Positions 50,652-64,000 of a stretch of DNA of 64,000 nt are shown here, in pieces; the stretch's first letter is position 1; each line of letters starts with the position of its first letter. The notes below the pieces were generated by a model. That model did no database searches and was not told where the DNA came from. It saw nothing but the letters and a program-made list of their open reading frames with translations. The stretch covers positions 4,949,902-5,013,901 of the forward strand of contig MU053652.1 in assembly GCA_013239625.1 (NCBI GenBank), in the 5' to 3' direction. Source of the DNA: Lama guanicoe (lineage: Eukaryota). The position numbers and the translations under genes are program-made.

Positions 50652-50722
50652 TCTCTCTCTCTCTCTGTCTGTCTGTCTCTCTGTCTGTCTGTCTGTCTCT
50701 CTCTGTCTCTCTCTCTCTCTCT
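50652..50722. repeat. Compound (CT)n/(CTGT)n microsatellite
   Basis: Direct reading. Confidence 0.95.
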
Positions 50723-52479
50723 CGCGTGCGTGCGCACAAGCAAGGGCAGTGCTTATCCTCCACGCCCTCCTATCACAGCCAGAGCTGGGATCTATGAGGC
50801 TTCTTACAAGGCACCGAAATTTCAAATAAATGCCAGGGGGCACGTCCTTGTAGGGAATCTGGAGGGCTCTGAAAAATCCATATACCATATGTAGTTGCCT
50901 GTTTTATGTAACAATATGTTTTTCTGTTTCCGCTGCTTTTGTCATTTAAAATGACTGTTCTCTGGACAGCTGTGGGCAGGGTTCTTTCCTTCTGGGCCCT
51001 CCATCAAGTCTAGCAAATTCCTACAAGTCCTCCCGCCAAGATGGATCCCTCGGGGTCAGAAGGCAATTAGATGTCCGGACGCAAGGAACTCTCTGGCTAC
51101 ACAACCATGGGCCCAAAGGGAAAAGGGAAGGAGGTCTTTTCCATCTCAGCCAGCCATCCGAGGGAGACATCAGCTCCTGAATGGCAAAGAGGACAGCTGT
51201 TGGTGAGAGGGTGGGGGAGCGAGGAGGCAAATTTCACAGCATAACAGCCAAGAGAAAAACAAAAAACAAGAGAAGTGTTTCATATGAAGGCTGTCTCCCC
51301 TAATGTCACTAAAGTGGAAAACTCTATATTCTGCAATTCACTCACCCTTAGACAGCTGTTCATGCTCAAGTCAGGAGATAGATGAATGCTCTGGAAGTGG
51401 GTGGGGGGATTTCTCCTGAGCAGCCTGGATCTCAAGGAGCCCGACCAATAAATGATGTATGTGGGGACCACAAAAGGGGCTCCCTTCCCTAGCTCTTAGA
51501 AGGCCAATTCCCTTCCTGTACAGCCAACAAGGACATAGCTAAACTGCTACTGCAGTGTGACCCAGGCCAACCTCACAGAAGGAAACCAGCACGGTCACTT
51601 CCAGCCCTCAGGGCAGACAGGATCAAAGGAGTACGTTTGGGAGAACCCAAACCACTGAAGACACCTTGAATGGACCAGGAGAACTGGCATTTACAATCTG
51701 ACAGGACCCTCAGGTTCCTGTTTCCTTGTTACCAATGTTCTGGCTGAGGCTCTGTAATGCATTAATCTTTGTAGATGAGTGATGCGGTTTAAAATACTGC
51801 AGAGTTTGGCTGCCGTTCCCTCCCGTGGGGTCTCAAAATAACTCCACACAAATCATTTCTGCTAAACACTCACTCAGGCAGCTCGTCCCCGCCGGAACAC
51901 ACACATCTTATGTAACTGAAGGAGCCACCTTGCCTGCTGGGAGAGGAAGGCGTTCCCAGAGGGCGGCGCTGCCTGCTGCCCGCCAGGCTCTGCACCCATC
52001 CCCGCTCCCGGCCCACGGGTGGGCACACAGCCTGGCGACCGTGCCCAAGCTCCCTCGGCCAAAGAGACCCGAGACTCAGGTGGTCACTACAGGGAAGGTC
52101 ATCCAAGTCAGGGCTGCCTAAGAAAGAAGGGCCGCCTGGACATTCAGTGAGCATTTAGTGAGCTGAAACAGACTCTGCTAGATTCTGGAAAGCAATGAGG
52201 AGGTGAAAGCACATGGCGCCTCTCCTTGGAGGACGCACACAGTTCAGTGGGGATGACAGGCGCATACACAGACTAACACAACATACAGGAGGGGGAGAGG
52301 CGCTACCGCACACCTCTCCTTAAGCACTCTGAAGCCTCCTCCCAAATCTAAGGAGTGTGCCACACACGCTGACCTTGGCTTGGTGTCTCCGTAAACCCTC
52401 TGTCCTGCCCGCCCCCCCCATTAATCCAAGTCTCAGCTCTCAGAAGCTCTCCTCCTGACCGCTCCTTAACCTCGCGGTT

Positions 52480-52900
52480 TCACAGCTGCTTCCTCCTCCA
52501 AACCACACTCCTAGGCAATCCCACTCACTCTTCGTGCTTTACATCCCATTATAAACTGGTGACTCTCAAAGTTTTCATCTTTGAGATGAAACCAACCTTT
52601 CTGCTGAATTCAGCTGGAACTGCAAAAATCCATAGGCATCTAACATTCAAGGTCTTAAAAGCGACCCAATAACCTTCTCCTTGCAAATGTTCTATTATTT
52701 ATCAGCTAGAAAAGTGAACTGTCTTCTCCCCATCCTCTGTTATCAAATAGCCAACAACATTGTAGACGAGAGCCCTCCTAAACAGACTCGTTCTTTCCTC
52801 TTCATTCCCACTCTGGAGCCTAGTTTAGGCTTCCTCCTATCCAAGCTTCCTGACTTCAGTTTGGATCCTCCCCATCTGGTCTTCGTAGTGTTGTAAAAGT
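52480..52900 (+). mobile_element. L2 fragment
   Basis: cctaggcaatcccactcact...ggtgactctcaaa...cataggcatctaacattcaa. Confidence 0.6.
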
Positions 52901-52934
52901 AATTTTTTGAAAAATAGATAATGCAACAAAAAAG

Positions 52935-53265
52935 GAGGGACTTCCACAGTATCTAACCACACAGATAAATCTCAGACAAAAGCTGGGTAAGATAAAGTTG
53001 GGTAAAACAAGATTATGATTCCAGGCATGGAGTCCAAGACAGGCAAAGCTAATCTATGGCCACAGAAGTCAAAATATGGGTTATCTTCAAGGGGCAGGCC
53101 ACAAAGAAGCCTGCTGGGATGCTAGAAATATTCTATTATCTTGATGTGGGTAGTGGTAACTTGGAGCTATATGTGTATTTTTATAGCCATATAAAAATTA
53201 ATCAAGCTGTATATTTAAGATGTATGTATTTTACTATGTTAACAGTCATACGTAAATTTTAGAAA
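52935..53265 (+). mobile_element. Ancient L1M(E) 3'UTR fragment
   Basis: acaggcaaagctaatctatgg...agaagtca...tatcttgatgtgggtagtggt...catataaaaattaatcaagctgtatatttaaga. Confidence 0.8.
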
Positions 53266-54279
53266 AATGACATAACGTGTAACTCATCATTCATTGCTTC
53301 CTGTTACCAATCTTGGGAGTTCCTAACCTGGGGGAGGTGGGGCATGGGGCAGTGTTAAGGACGGGCCAGTGGAACTGAATGAAATCTTTGTGTGGACACG
53401 TGTTCTCTGAAGAGAAAACTGATAGCCCTCTTCAGATTCCTCTTTCACTAAGAATGCCCGTGACTCAAAGTCATCATAAACTTCTCCATGAGGTAAAATC
53501 TACACAGCCTTGCAGACCCAGGGCCCCTCAAAGACTGAGGAATCTGCCTTTCCAAACTAATCTGTAACCACTGTCGCTCTTACAGGAGACATAATATCCA
53601 TATGAAACTACCTGCCATTTTGAGTAACAATGTTTTGTTTTGTTTTTACAAGCCCCCTCCTACCCACCACCCACTTTCTTGGCTTCCACCCTTTTTCTCA
53701 TCGCCGTATCTGGCATTTTCTGGAGAGAAGGCCTACAGTTTTCTCAGATGTAGAAAAAGGCTGGTGTTCACCCTCATGAGCAAAGAAACTGAGCTACAGG
53801 GTAGGGAAGTGACATCTAAACAACTCAGCTGAATCCCAGCCATTAAATCTCACTGCAAAGGATGGCCTGAGCTAGACAAAAGTGCAGTGAAGACTGTTGA
53901 AGGAATGAATGAATCAGAGCACTTAAATTCATTGCTTTTATGATGAAGACACTGAAGACCTGCTTACCTAATATATATCAGATGAGAGAACAATTACAAA
54001 AAGACTCAATGAAGCAAGAGTCAGAGGTCAAAGTTAACAAGATAACACGGAAAAGGGGTAACATCCAATGGTCAACAGTAGATTGGGGTGGGGGCCATGG
54101 TTTAATCTGAGTTCATGCATAAAGGACCTAGAAAACACGTGCATTGACTACAACTCTGTAACACACAGAACCTCAAGGAAAACTTGGAGAAGACAATCAC
54201 ACTGCCTATCTTTCCCAGGTTCCCAGCCTAAAACACAAAAGGAGATGACCGTAAGGACATTGACATGCGTCATGTTAGC

Positions 54280-54880
54280 ATTCACAGAATCACATTTACA
54301 GCTGGAAAGAACCTTAGAAACTGCTGATTTTTTACAGGGGATGGGATGGGAAATCAGAGAAGTTAAATGACCTACACAAGGTCACCTGCCAGTTTGGTCA
54401 GCAGGCACAGATTATAAGTCGTATCTTTTGACAGCCAGTTGAATCCTATCAGCTCAGGCTGAATGCACCTCATCTCACCCACGTTGCCCAGCGTCCTGGT
54501 TTAGCCTACGGGAGTGTTTTTGGACGTCTTTTCCTGAGTGGACAGATAATCTGATGGGCTATGCTGGTGTTTAGAAAAGATACTAGGAAGTAGTTGGCAT
54601 TATCATAGCTAGGTTTACATCTATTTGAAAGGTTTTTTGACATCTATTAATAACAACTACCGTAATTTGAGTGCTAACTTCTTTCTGTTGTGGTTAAGCA
54701 CTGGCTTAAGTACTTCTGAAAAACTTTTATCATGCTATTCAATACACAGAACACTCCTAATTTACAGATGAGAGAACCACAGCAAAGACAGGTTAAATAG
54801 CTGGTCCTAGGTAACAGGGTTTATAAATGGCAGATTCAGTAGTTGAGCCTATCCCTCGGAGACAGAAACCTGTATTTGTT
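54280..54880 (-). mobile_element. Two MIR fragments (~54280-54440 and ~54645-54880)
   Basis: agagaagttaaatgacctacacaaggtcac; tttacagatgagagaac...aggttaaatagc...aggtaacag. Confidence 0.7.
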
Positions 54881-55149
54881 ATGAATTCACTAAAGTGTTT
54901 CCCTAAATTCACAGACTATTTCACAGAATCCCAAAACTGGAGTCATTAAGAGATCCTTGAGATTATCTTTGTCCACTTCCATCATTTTACATTTGATGGA
55001 GTGAAGCCAGCAGCACACACCAAGCACTGTCTCTTAGAACACTTTCTTTTTCCTACATGCCTCCGTGCTGCATGAGACTACAGGTTCTGCCTGGATGTGC
55101 GGTAGAAGAACATGCTCTGCACGCCCTCCTCCCTCTCTGGTTTAAGGTG

Positions 55150-55450
55150 CTCACAGCGACAGGCTAGAGAAACGGACAGGCCACAACGACGCACTTCCTA
55201 GGGACACAGAGGTCAGATAGGTTGAACAGTAGGTCAATACCCCACTGTGTACAGAGTTTCTACCATGTCCCAAGTGTCAAAGCTCCAGACAAAGAAACAG
55301 TCGCAAGGCAATGCAATGACAATGTGGTTACAAGGATCACGCAATGACAGAGGCAGCAGAGGATGCCATGGGAACACAGAGGGGGTTAAGGCTTTGTAGA
55401 GGAGTCAACGCTAGAGATTGCCCTTAAAGAATAAACAACGACTGGCCAGA
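55150..55450 (-). mobile_element. L2 fragment
   Basis: tgccatgggaacacaga...aaggctttgtagaggag...ccttaaagaataa. Confidence 0.5.
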
Positions 55451-56309
55451 GGAACACACATCGAGCAACAGCAGGGGCTTCTTCACTGATACTCCCATGT
55501 CCATGCCGGCAGAAGGCTGCTACACAAGGCAACTGGGAGGGCGGAGCAAGAGCAAAGTCCTCGACAGATGTGCAGGGCTCTTGAGTTCCTTCTGAGAACC
55601 GCAGCCTGGGTCAGGATATATGTGAGAGTGGATGTATTAGCCCTGGGAAAGCACAATGCCACACCTTCCTACTACACTGACTTCTAAGTCAGAAAAAGTA
55701 CTGGCTGATTAGCAAAGCAGGACTGCTTCCTATGCATTCTTTCTCCCAACAAATTTTTATAATTTCAGAATCAAAAAAGGTAAGAATGACTCCAACACCG
55801 TGTGCATATTTACTATCTAAACGCAGCTTTTCATGGTATCAGATTTCTTTTTAGTTAAAATTATGATCTATTTGAAAACCACAGCTATTATCACAGCTCT
55901 CTTCTTCCCTCTGTCATTGTCTAATCACCAAACCTCTGCAGAGAAATTCAAAGGGAGCTGAAAGTAAAAAGTGGACTCCTAATTGGTTAGCATTTTAAGA
56001 AATCTTTAACTTCCCACTATTAAGGAAACGGCTTTTCCTCACATTACATACATCCATTAGGCACCAGTGACTGCAGGTCTGTGTTACTGAGACAACTTTC
56101 AAAACCAAGAGCAGAGTGGGTTAAAGGGGGACAGAGATATCTGATTGACAGGAGGTTACATTTCGTTGGCAGAAGAATAAAGAACTTGTCTCAATAGAAG
56201 ATAGGAATTGAAAAGCTTAAAATATTCTTTTAAAAAAAGAATCATTGTTCTGACATCCAAAGAGGACAAATCAAATTGGTCTCCTCTGAAAAGGAGAAGG
56301 AGGAAATGG

Positions 56310-56500
56310 TGGAGTACTAAGTGCCAGTTCCATCCTTAATTAAGCTTTGTGACCTTGGCCAAGTAACAAGTTTTCTGAGTCTCAGTGTTTTCACTTGTTA
56401 AATGGCAATAACAATAGCCTTTCCTACCTCACAGCGTGGTCATAAGCATGGGGGGGGGAAGGGAAGTACATGAAAACACTGAAAAGTATGTATTATTATA
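56310..56500 (+). mobile_element. MIR SINE
   Basis: gtgaccttggccaagtaac...ctgagtctcagt...ttaaaatggcaataacaatag...cctacctcacag. Confidence 0.8.
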
Positions 56501-57780
56501 TGAGTTTATCCTTTTAGAGGATAATTGTCCTGATATAGTTGGTGTATTTAACCATTTCAGTATATTTAACCATGGTCGAAAATCACTGCTTGATGGCAGA
56601 TCCAACGACCCCCAAAATACCACTGGAACTCTGGCCAATATTTTTAGGAACTTTTGGTTTCCAAGCAAATGCAGAGTTACCACACCAAGAAGTAAAAAGA
56701 TACTACAGGAAAAGTACAACATAACACTAATGCTTCTGAGTATAAAGAGCATGGCAGGAGTAAGGATCCGCCAGGAGGGGCAGGGTGCTGATTAGGAAGA
56801 AATGGCCTCATCTCCTAGATGCCAGGACTTATTTCTCACTGAGGCTGGTGAAGCATGAAGAACAGACAACAGCTGGGGATTCAAGAAGGGAGTAAATCAA
56901 GCTGCTGTTACTTATGCTCCCAGAAAGAAACAGCATGGATGGCAACAAGTGATAATTACATGAAAGCAGAAAAGATATTCTTTGCTGATTTTTCCCATTG
57001 TTATGTTAGCACACTTTCCGCCACCAGCCTCGCTCCTGCCACTTACTCGTGCATGGGCATTGGGCAGCACGAGAGCTCTCCTTCTGGATCCTGCTGGAAA
57101 GGAGAATGTCGACTCCTCAAGAAGGAAAACTATTTTCCAATGTTCCCATCTTCCTTCTCCAACACTGCTACCAACCAAAAGATCTCTCACTTGGGACTGT
57201 GCACCACCACCTGGGAGCGTCGGGAAAACTGTGGGGGTGCGTTATTGATGCTTCCAATGTTTCCGCTGGGAGAAGGTGCTAAGGCATTCGGGAGGGAGCT
57301 AAGATGCTAAATATCCTGCAATTCAAGGGAAGTCCAGACGAAAGAAAAGTGCTACCCAAAATGCCACTATTGCCCCCTGTTGGGAAACAGACAACTCAGC
57401 CTCACCTCCCGAGACTCCCTCACCCATCACCTACTCTCACCCAGAGCGAGCAACCTGCTGCACCAGGCACATGCTTTGCATCTCAGTTTCCAAGCTAGCT
57501 GCCTCTGTCTCCTGGTTCAGGTCAGAACATAATGATTTTGGCCTACGGCTGCTGAACAACTTAGAGAAAAATAGATCAAATGGAATGCAATCATCAGAAT
57601 ATGCTAAAAAGTAGTTGTAGATTTGACATGAGTTCTAAGGAGGAAAATACACTCTACTCCAAACTTTTCCATAGACTCCAAGAGATCACAGTGTCATTTG
57701 AACTGATGCTTAAAGTAGGTTTGGCTCTGAGTTGGGAGCAATCTCTTCAATTAAGGTCAGCTGAGAACAAGCTATACCAA

Positions 57781-57935
57781 GGGGAGGGTATAGCTCAGCA
57801 GCAGAGTATGTGCTTAGCACGCAGAAGGTCCTGGGTTCAATTCCTAGTACTTCCACTAAAAATAAATAACCTAATTACCCCCCCCCAATAAATAAGTAAA
57901 ATTGTACACGAAAAAGTTCTTACCCTCCCCAAAAC
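57781..57935 (+). mobile_element. tRNA-derived SINE, camelid Vic-1-like
   Basis: GGGGAGGGTATAGCTCAG...TGCTTAGCA...GGTCCTGGGTTCAATTCCTAGTAC; TSD acaagctatacca (57767-57779) / acaagctatgcca (57936-57948). Confidence 0.9.
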
Positions 57936-58004
57936 ACAAGCTATGCCAGAGAGCAAGCTGTGGAGCTCCAAGTCCGTGGGAGGAAGTCCCTGCTTTACCA
58001 AGAA

Positions 58005-58110
58005 TACAGCTTGCAATCATGATGATGTCACTCCACTTTTTTGTGCCTCTGCTTCCTCATCTGTAAAATGAGAAGCTAGGGAGTTGCCAACACTTGCTCC
58101 AGAGAGGCTG
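58005..58110 (+). mobile_element. MIR core fragment
   Basis: tgtgcctctgcttcctcatctgtaaaatgag. Confidence 0.7.
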
Positions 58111-60409
58111 TGGAAGCTGCCTGCAGGATGGGGCTGAAGAACGAATGAACACGCTGAGCTGGATGGAGTTATCCACCCTGTGACCCAGCCTTCCAGGAAT
58201 GGCATGTGCTAGCCAGAACAATGTTAATAACAATCACATTAAACAAACAAACAAAAACATAGGAAATCTGGGACTCCTTGAAGCTAGAAAACCAATCCAA
58301 GTCCCACCTACTGTTTGCCAACAGGCTCGTCTACATTTGATAAAGATTATTCTTTGTCATTTGGGGAAATCTGCTCTGCGTGTTTTCTTCGTCATAGATG
58401 GATGATACTTTTTGCCAAAGAGATCTGAGGCCACAGGAATGGAAATGCAACAAGTCTTTGCACATGTCAAGAGAAACATACACATATGTACAAAGAGGCT
58501 GGTTCTGCTCAGCCTCAACTAAGATCACGTATTCTTTAGCAAACACTTCTGTTTGATTTGCAGTCAGCTTGCTTACACAGCACTATTTGGGTTTCAAGAC
58601 TTAATTTATTTGACTATATTCATTCCCATTCCCCAACTTCCTTCAAGCACCACAATTCGAAGTAGTGAGAAAATCCATCAAGTTCCTTAATGCAGAGTAC
58701 TTCGGCTTTATATTAGAACTCTGAGATTACTTTTTCTTTTAAATAATAACAGGAAAAGGCATAAATAATGTGCACCAATGTAGTTATCCTACATTTATAC
58801 TCTCTTAATAAATCCTGAGTTAATCAAAATGATCCTAATATGCTGATGGGATCAAATCATTGCCAACTCACAGGTTACATAATGAGAGTGGTCAGGCCAA
58901 TCAGCTCTCAAAGGGAATGCTAAGAAAGGCGCCCTTTCTGTTTCCAAAGGGCAACACTATTGTTGAAGGATGCCCTGTTTGTTGATTTCAGCTAGCTTGG
59001 TAACATATACCCTTTCTCTTCCAAGTAGGTCTCAAAGGCCTGGTAAGGAGCGGACATTGGCATTTGCACTGATTTATTTTGGTTGAGAACGGACACATAG
59101 GAAATGGTAGAGAGACTTGTTCCAACCCAGGCAATCTTTCTGCTTTCATAAGCCCAGAAAGATACTAAAAATGAAGCAACAGAACAAACAGTAGATGATG
59201 ATGTCAATAGAAGAAAATGAGGCTGATTAGACAATTTCACATGGCAGAAGTGGTATTTAAATTTTGGTTGTGTTGGTTTTAGGTTTTTCCTTCTTGAAAA
59301 GGAGTTCTTTTCGCACGTGTTTGGTACAGTGGCAAACACACAATCAAAGAATTTAATTTTTATTTGTTTTGCTATCACTCCTAAGGTTTCTTCTTGTCTC
59401 ATGTTTCAGCTTGCTTTTCAAGCAGCTCAAAATGAAGATGTCTGAATCCAGACCTCATGATCATGTAGCTTCATTTGTTTGAAAGAAAAAAGAAGAAAGA
59501 AAGAAAGGAGAAACATAAGTAAACACAATAGTTCATAGTTACTGTATGAAAAAAAAAGGCCACTGATTGACTATATCAAGATTTTAGAAATACACTTAGA
59601 TACTTGGGCAATAGGTCACAACTCCATGCTTCTTAATTACTCTAGCAGGCAGTTTAATTCTGCAAAGCAGGCAGGCACCTACTTTACATTATCCACAAAT
59701 TCAGTAACTATCTGGATAGAATGCTACAGCTGTGGAAAAAACCTGGCCACAGGTTTGAGGGGGTTTACATGGTCCGAAGGACAGGGATGCATTTAATGAA
59801 TGCCCTCTCTTGGCAGGAAGAAGGAAAGCTGACTTTTTATGGTTTGAGGCACCTCTGTCTACACCTCCCAAGTCCACTAGGGAAGGAATGGACACATCTG
59901 GCTCTAGAAAACTCTTCTCCAAGACCTAACTTCTCTTGGGATTCCCCTAAGCTTCATTCCAGGATGTTTCTGGACAGCTGGCAGGCTAGAATTGAACCTT
60001 GCAGAAGTTGAGCTTTCATTCCAATTTCACTGTAACACTGCAGCATCTGATCTAATCCCTTAAAGGCTCCCTGAGTCTGGTCCTAATCCCCCTCCTAAAA
60101 TATAACTCAGAGGAGATGTGAGTATAGATGGCAACGTGGTCTATTTTTCTGCACAGATCAACACAGAAGGATCATGGTGAATTCAGCTTTAATGTCTATT
60201 TTCTTAGCAACTGATACCCCTGGGGCTGTAGAACAGAGCTAAATGGAGTAAGTCATATAAGCAGGCTGATTTGATTTCGTTATTAATTCATCTTTACTTA
60301 ACCTTGGCTGGGGCCTCAAAAAAAGTTATGATGCTCAGCAAAACTTCTGCACTCCATCCCATTTTCTAGATAACTGTAATAGGATGTTTTCTTTCTTCTT
60401 CTACTAGAG

Positions 60410-60560
60410 ATTAGTGGTTGTAATCAGGAGCAGTATCAACCCCCAAAGGGAGTTTGAAAATAGGCGGGGAACATTTTTGGTTATTGCAATGGCTGGAAGG
60501 AGGGGAGTGGCTCATGGTACTTAGTGATGCTCACCTGGGCAGCCCCACACCACGGGTCTC
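60410..60560. mobile_element. MER20-like hAT-Charlie relic
   Basis: agtggtt...acatttttggttattgcaatggctgg...gggcagccccacacc. Confidence 0.55.
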
Positions 60561-61451
60561 ACAAAGAGCCTACGCCCTGAGGGTATATGAGGATCCATTC
60601 TAGAAAGTGGTGAAAAACAGGGTGCGTCTGCCAACAATCATGGTATTGGCACAGATCCTGTCATGTGGGACTGGAAAAGGAGAAAGCCACAGAAGCAAAG
60701 GCCTATTGGCCCTTCTCTTCCCACCCAGGCAGTCCCAGAGGACAAACGCGAGGCAGCCAGAGGGGCAGATCGCTTTCTACTTCCCTCTCCACCTGAGTGG
60801 GAGCAGATAGCAGACTGGGGGGGGGGAAAGAAACTCGAGGAAGAACATGAACAAACTCCTCTGTTGGCTGATGTCTGCCAAGTACTGAGATAAAATGAAA
60901 ATCTACACTCACAACATGGCTGCCAACACACCTTTGTAGATCTCCACATCACAGGCCAACACTGTGGCTATTGGCTGGAATGCATCCATCAGCAAGTATT
61001 TACCAAGCACTTACTATATGCCAAGCATAGCGGCACACATTAGCAATACATACGTTGTGGAGGGGTGGACAGGACACACTCGAAGGCCACAGTAAGAACT
61101 CCAGCTTTTACTCTGAGTGAAATGCAAAGCCACTGTTAGAATGGCAACCGGGAATGTATAAATACACAGACAGCTACCTGTGTAGAAATGTGTACATAAA
61201 AATGACTGCAACTTTGTCTGCTAGGGACAAACAACTCAGTGGTATCCCCATGACCATGAAGCAGAGTCCCCAGGGCCACTGCCTGCCCCTGTCTAGGTAC
61301 TGTTCATCCCATTTCCTCACAGAACCAGGACAGGGCAACCAGCAATGTCTGGGGAAGCTCTGGAGGGAATCGCCCCCACCTCCTCCTGAACTTGTGGGCA
61401 GCTGCTGTTACAATCACTACCATTCTAGGATGGTGTTAAATTAGCCAGTTT

Positions 61452-61470
61452 AACAACAACAACAACAACA
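61452..61470. repeat. (AAC)6 microsatellite
   Basis: Direct reading. Confidence 0.9.
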
Positions 61471-62069
61471 GAGAGCCCCACACAAATGTAGCTTCCAACG
61501 GTACATTCATTTTTATTAATTGGCTCATTTAACACTGCAGTAGAACTGTAGTAAGATGGTAATCAGCAAACACGCCAGTGTGTGCTGCACACTGTCACCA
61601 TCCCTGTACCCTCAACTCACACCTCTGGTCTGATTCCCTGCGTGTGCAGAGCATCCAGGTAGCCAAGAAGTTCCAGTCTGTACCCCTGCATGCTGCCTCT
61701 GGGATGCTGAGCCTAATGCATTTGGGACAGGCTAGGGGAAGGTGGGAGGGGCGACTGTGGTGGCCAGAAGCCCTGCTTGCCTCTTTCACAGCAGAGCAGA
61801 CAGAGGTCCGGAGAACAGGAGAAGGCACTCTGGATACTTACGGATGGAGAAAACGAGGTAGAGTAGCCAGTCTAAGACAATGAGTTACATTTATCCAGGG
61901 GCTTCACACAGACTTGAATCTCTATGGGAAACTGGAACCCCAGGCTGACGGGATTGTTACCATGCCCACCAACCCTGACACTTGAGGAGTAAAGGGCTTC
62001 AGGGTTAGTCCTGTCCTATTTCTTCTTCTCAGAGCCACCACACATGGCCATGCTGCCATGCCCTGATTA

Positions 62070-62235
62070 ATTCCAGGTGTGCAATTTACACAGCCAACTG
62101 GTATCAGTATCCTCATCTGAGAAATAGGGTGAAAAGCTAAAATGCATTATAGGGTTATTATTCATGTTAAATCAGATAATTTACTATTTAATAAGCACCT
62201 ACCAGTGTTGGTACACAGTTAAGTGCCTACTACCG
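62070..62235 (+). mobile_element. MIR fragment
   Basis: cagtatcctcatctgagaaataggg...atagggttatt...aagcacctaccagtg. Confidence 0.65.
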
Positions 62236-63184
62236 TAATTCAGAATCCTTTTTGACCTCAACCCCTGCGCAGCAAAGACCAGTGTGATTTGATAGGGAGG
62301 AAACTTCTAAAAGGCAATCTGAACCTTTGATCTGGACTGGACTGGCCTCACACTACTGGCCTTTCAGCAGATTCTGGGGTCTCTCGGTTCACCGTGTACC
62401 CTCCTGTCCACCCCCCAGCCTTTAACACAGATGCCTGCACGAGCTGCAGAAGCAGCCGAACACTTGCTGATCACAACCCAATTAACTGCAGCCATCCTCT
62501 CATCACACAGTTCTTAGTAAGAATCCTGAGCAATCCTTTTCTGGATGATCCTCTAACTACACCACCAAGACGGGCAAGGACAAGCCCATGATCTTGCTGC
62601 TGTTTAAAAGGTACAGGCCAAGTGGAACAGATACAACAGCCTTCCATGGAACAGGATGGTCAGATGCAGACACTTAGGAGGTCATATTCTCAGTCCCGGT
62701 TTTAAATCGAGATGGCAGCTGTGGCATCAGGACAAGATGAGGGAACGAGTTTCAATTTGTCAACGGCATTTTCACAATGAAATGGCCGTCTCATCGGCTG
62801 CCACCTACGCAGGACCAGTGCCTCAAGGCTGGGGCTCCACCAGGACAAGGCTCCACCAGGATGCTGAGAACCTCAGCAGGAGAGGACAGTGTATTACCAC
62901 TGGGCCCAGACACGATGCTAGTGTGGTCCTACACTGTCACCTCTCCATTCCATTGGCTCAGAAGCAGCAGGGACAACGTGGTTAAGATACCTTTGATGAA
63001 AAACTATACCTGGACTTACTTTTAGGGGAGCTGGGGGTAGAACTATAGGATCATGCATTTTAATGACGTATTTCCAGTTCCCCTGGCTGCTCAACAATGA
63101 ATAGACTGGTAAATGCTAGGTTTCTATATGGCCTCTCATGTAGAGTTTCCTTGTTCAGGGAAATGGTCCTTATTGATTTAAGGC

Positions 63185-63380
63185 CCACTATGAACTCAGC
63201 AATATTCCAGGTGCTACGTTTCCCTCTATCACAGCACATGAAGCAGAAAGAAATCCCCACCTTCATGGACCTTACATTATAAGTAGAGGGAAAAGATATT
63301 AAACAAGTAAAGTGTATAGTGTGACAGGAGGTGACGAGTGATACGTGGTAAAATAACCAAAGTAAGGGAGAAAGTGCCAG
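63185..63380 (-). mobile_element. L2 3'-end fragment
   Basis: ccaggtgcta...tgaagcagaaagaaatccccaccttcatggaccttacatt...aaacaagtaaa. Confidence 0.65.
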
Positions 63381-64000
63381 GGAGAAGTTGCCCCCAAAGC
63401 ACACACACGTGCACAGACACACACACACGCACCATCAAAGCGTGTGGAGTGGAGCGCTCAGGCCGGGGATGAGGAGGTGACCTGTCCCAAGTCATGGTTT
63501 GTTCCCATCATCAGAACTCAGCAGCAGGCCAGTCATGGTCACTGGCACACCAGGACACATCCCCCTGGACTCGGCTGATGCTCCAGGCCCTCCACGGGGC
63601 TCCTCCTGGTCACTCTTTCTCACACAAACTTCCACCTTCTATAACCACGTCCTCACTATGCTACCTTGAAAATTTTCGTCCAATTTAGCAAGCACACCAT
63701 CTTCTCCAAATGGACTTGACACTCTGATGGGTGCCACCTGGGCTCAGCATTGCAGGAAGCCCTCAGTCATGGAGGAAGGAGATGGGAAAAGAGACCTCGC
63801 AGATTACCCTGTGAAAATTTTGTACACTGCTCTGCTCATTCAGCATGCACAGACCACGTACCTGCTCCATCCCCAGCACTGCGCTGAAGACTGGGCACCC
63901 AGAGAAGAGTAAGGAATACACAGGCTAGTGGAAAAGACAGACATGTCTACACAGATAATCTGGATGCTACACTGAGGTTTCCTTGAGAGTACATACCTAA

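Noticed and set aside
56436-56795. Overlapping ORFs, possible processed pseudogene or numt
   Set aside because: No recognisable homology, poly(A) tail or TSD; partly MIR-derived
1-64000. CRISPR arrays, operons, rRNA or snRNA genes, endogenous viral ORFs
   Set aside because: None seen; no regularly spaced repeats or long unexplained ORFs

Overview
Mammalian genomic DNA, probably camelid, judged from two tRNA-derived Vic-1-like SINEs and no recognisable Alu, B1, Bov-tA or SINEC. The + strand carries the single-coding-exon gene LRRC4 (NGL-2, netrin-G2 ligand): CDS ~712-2673, with a 5' CpG island and a 3'UTR to ~4.4 kb. LRRC4 is nested antisense in a large intron of SND1. One 110-bp SND1 coding exon is visible on the - strand at 36680-36789 ([37 protein letters not shown]), which the ORF track missed. 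The rest is intronic: ancient repeats (MIR, L2, L3/CR1, L1M, hAT-Charlie MERs), microsatellites and candidate conserved non-coding elements. Two points stand out. (i) A frameshifted counterpart of the human SND1-IT1/NAG8 ORF lies inside an L2 relic at ~30.5-30.85 kb. (ii) The eight N-runs look like length-preserving masks rather than assembly gaps (all lengths are 4 mod 8) and probably mark highly conserved sequence. I found no clearly new multi-gene system. Most ORFs in the track are noise. Repeat names, repeat boundaries and human/mouse protein comparisons are from memory and approximate.
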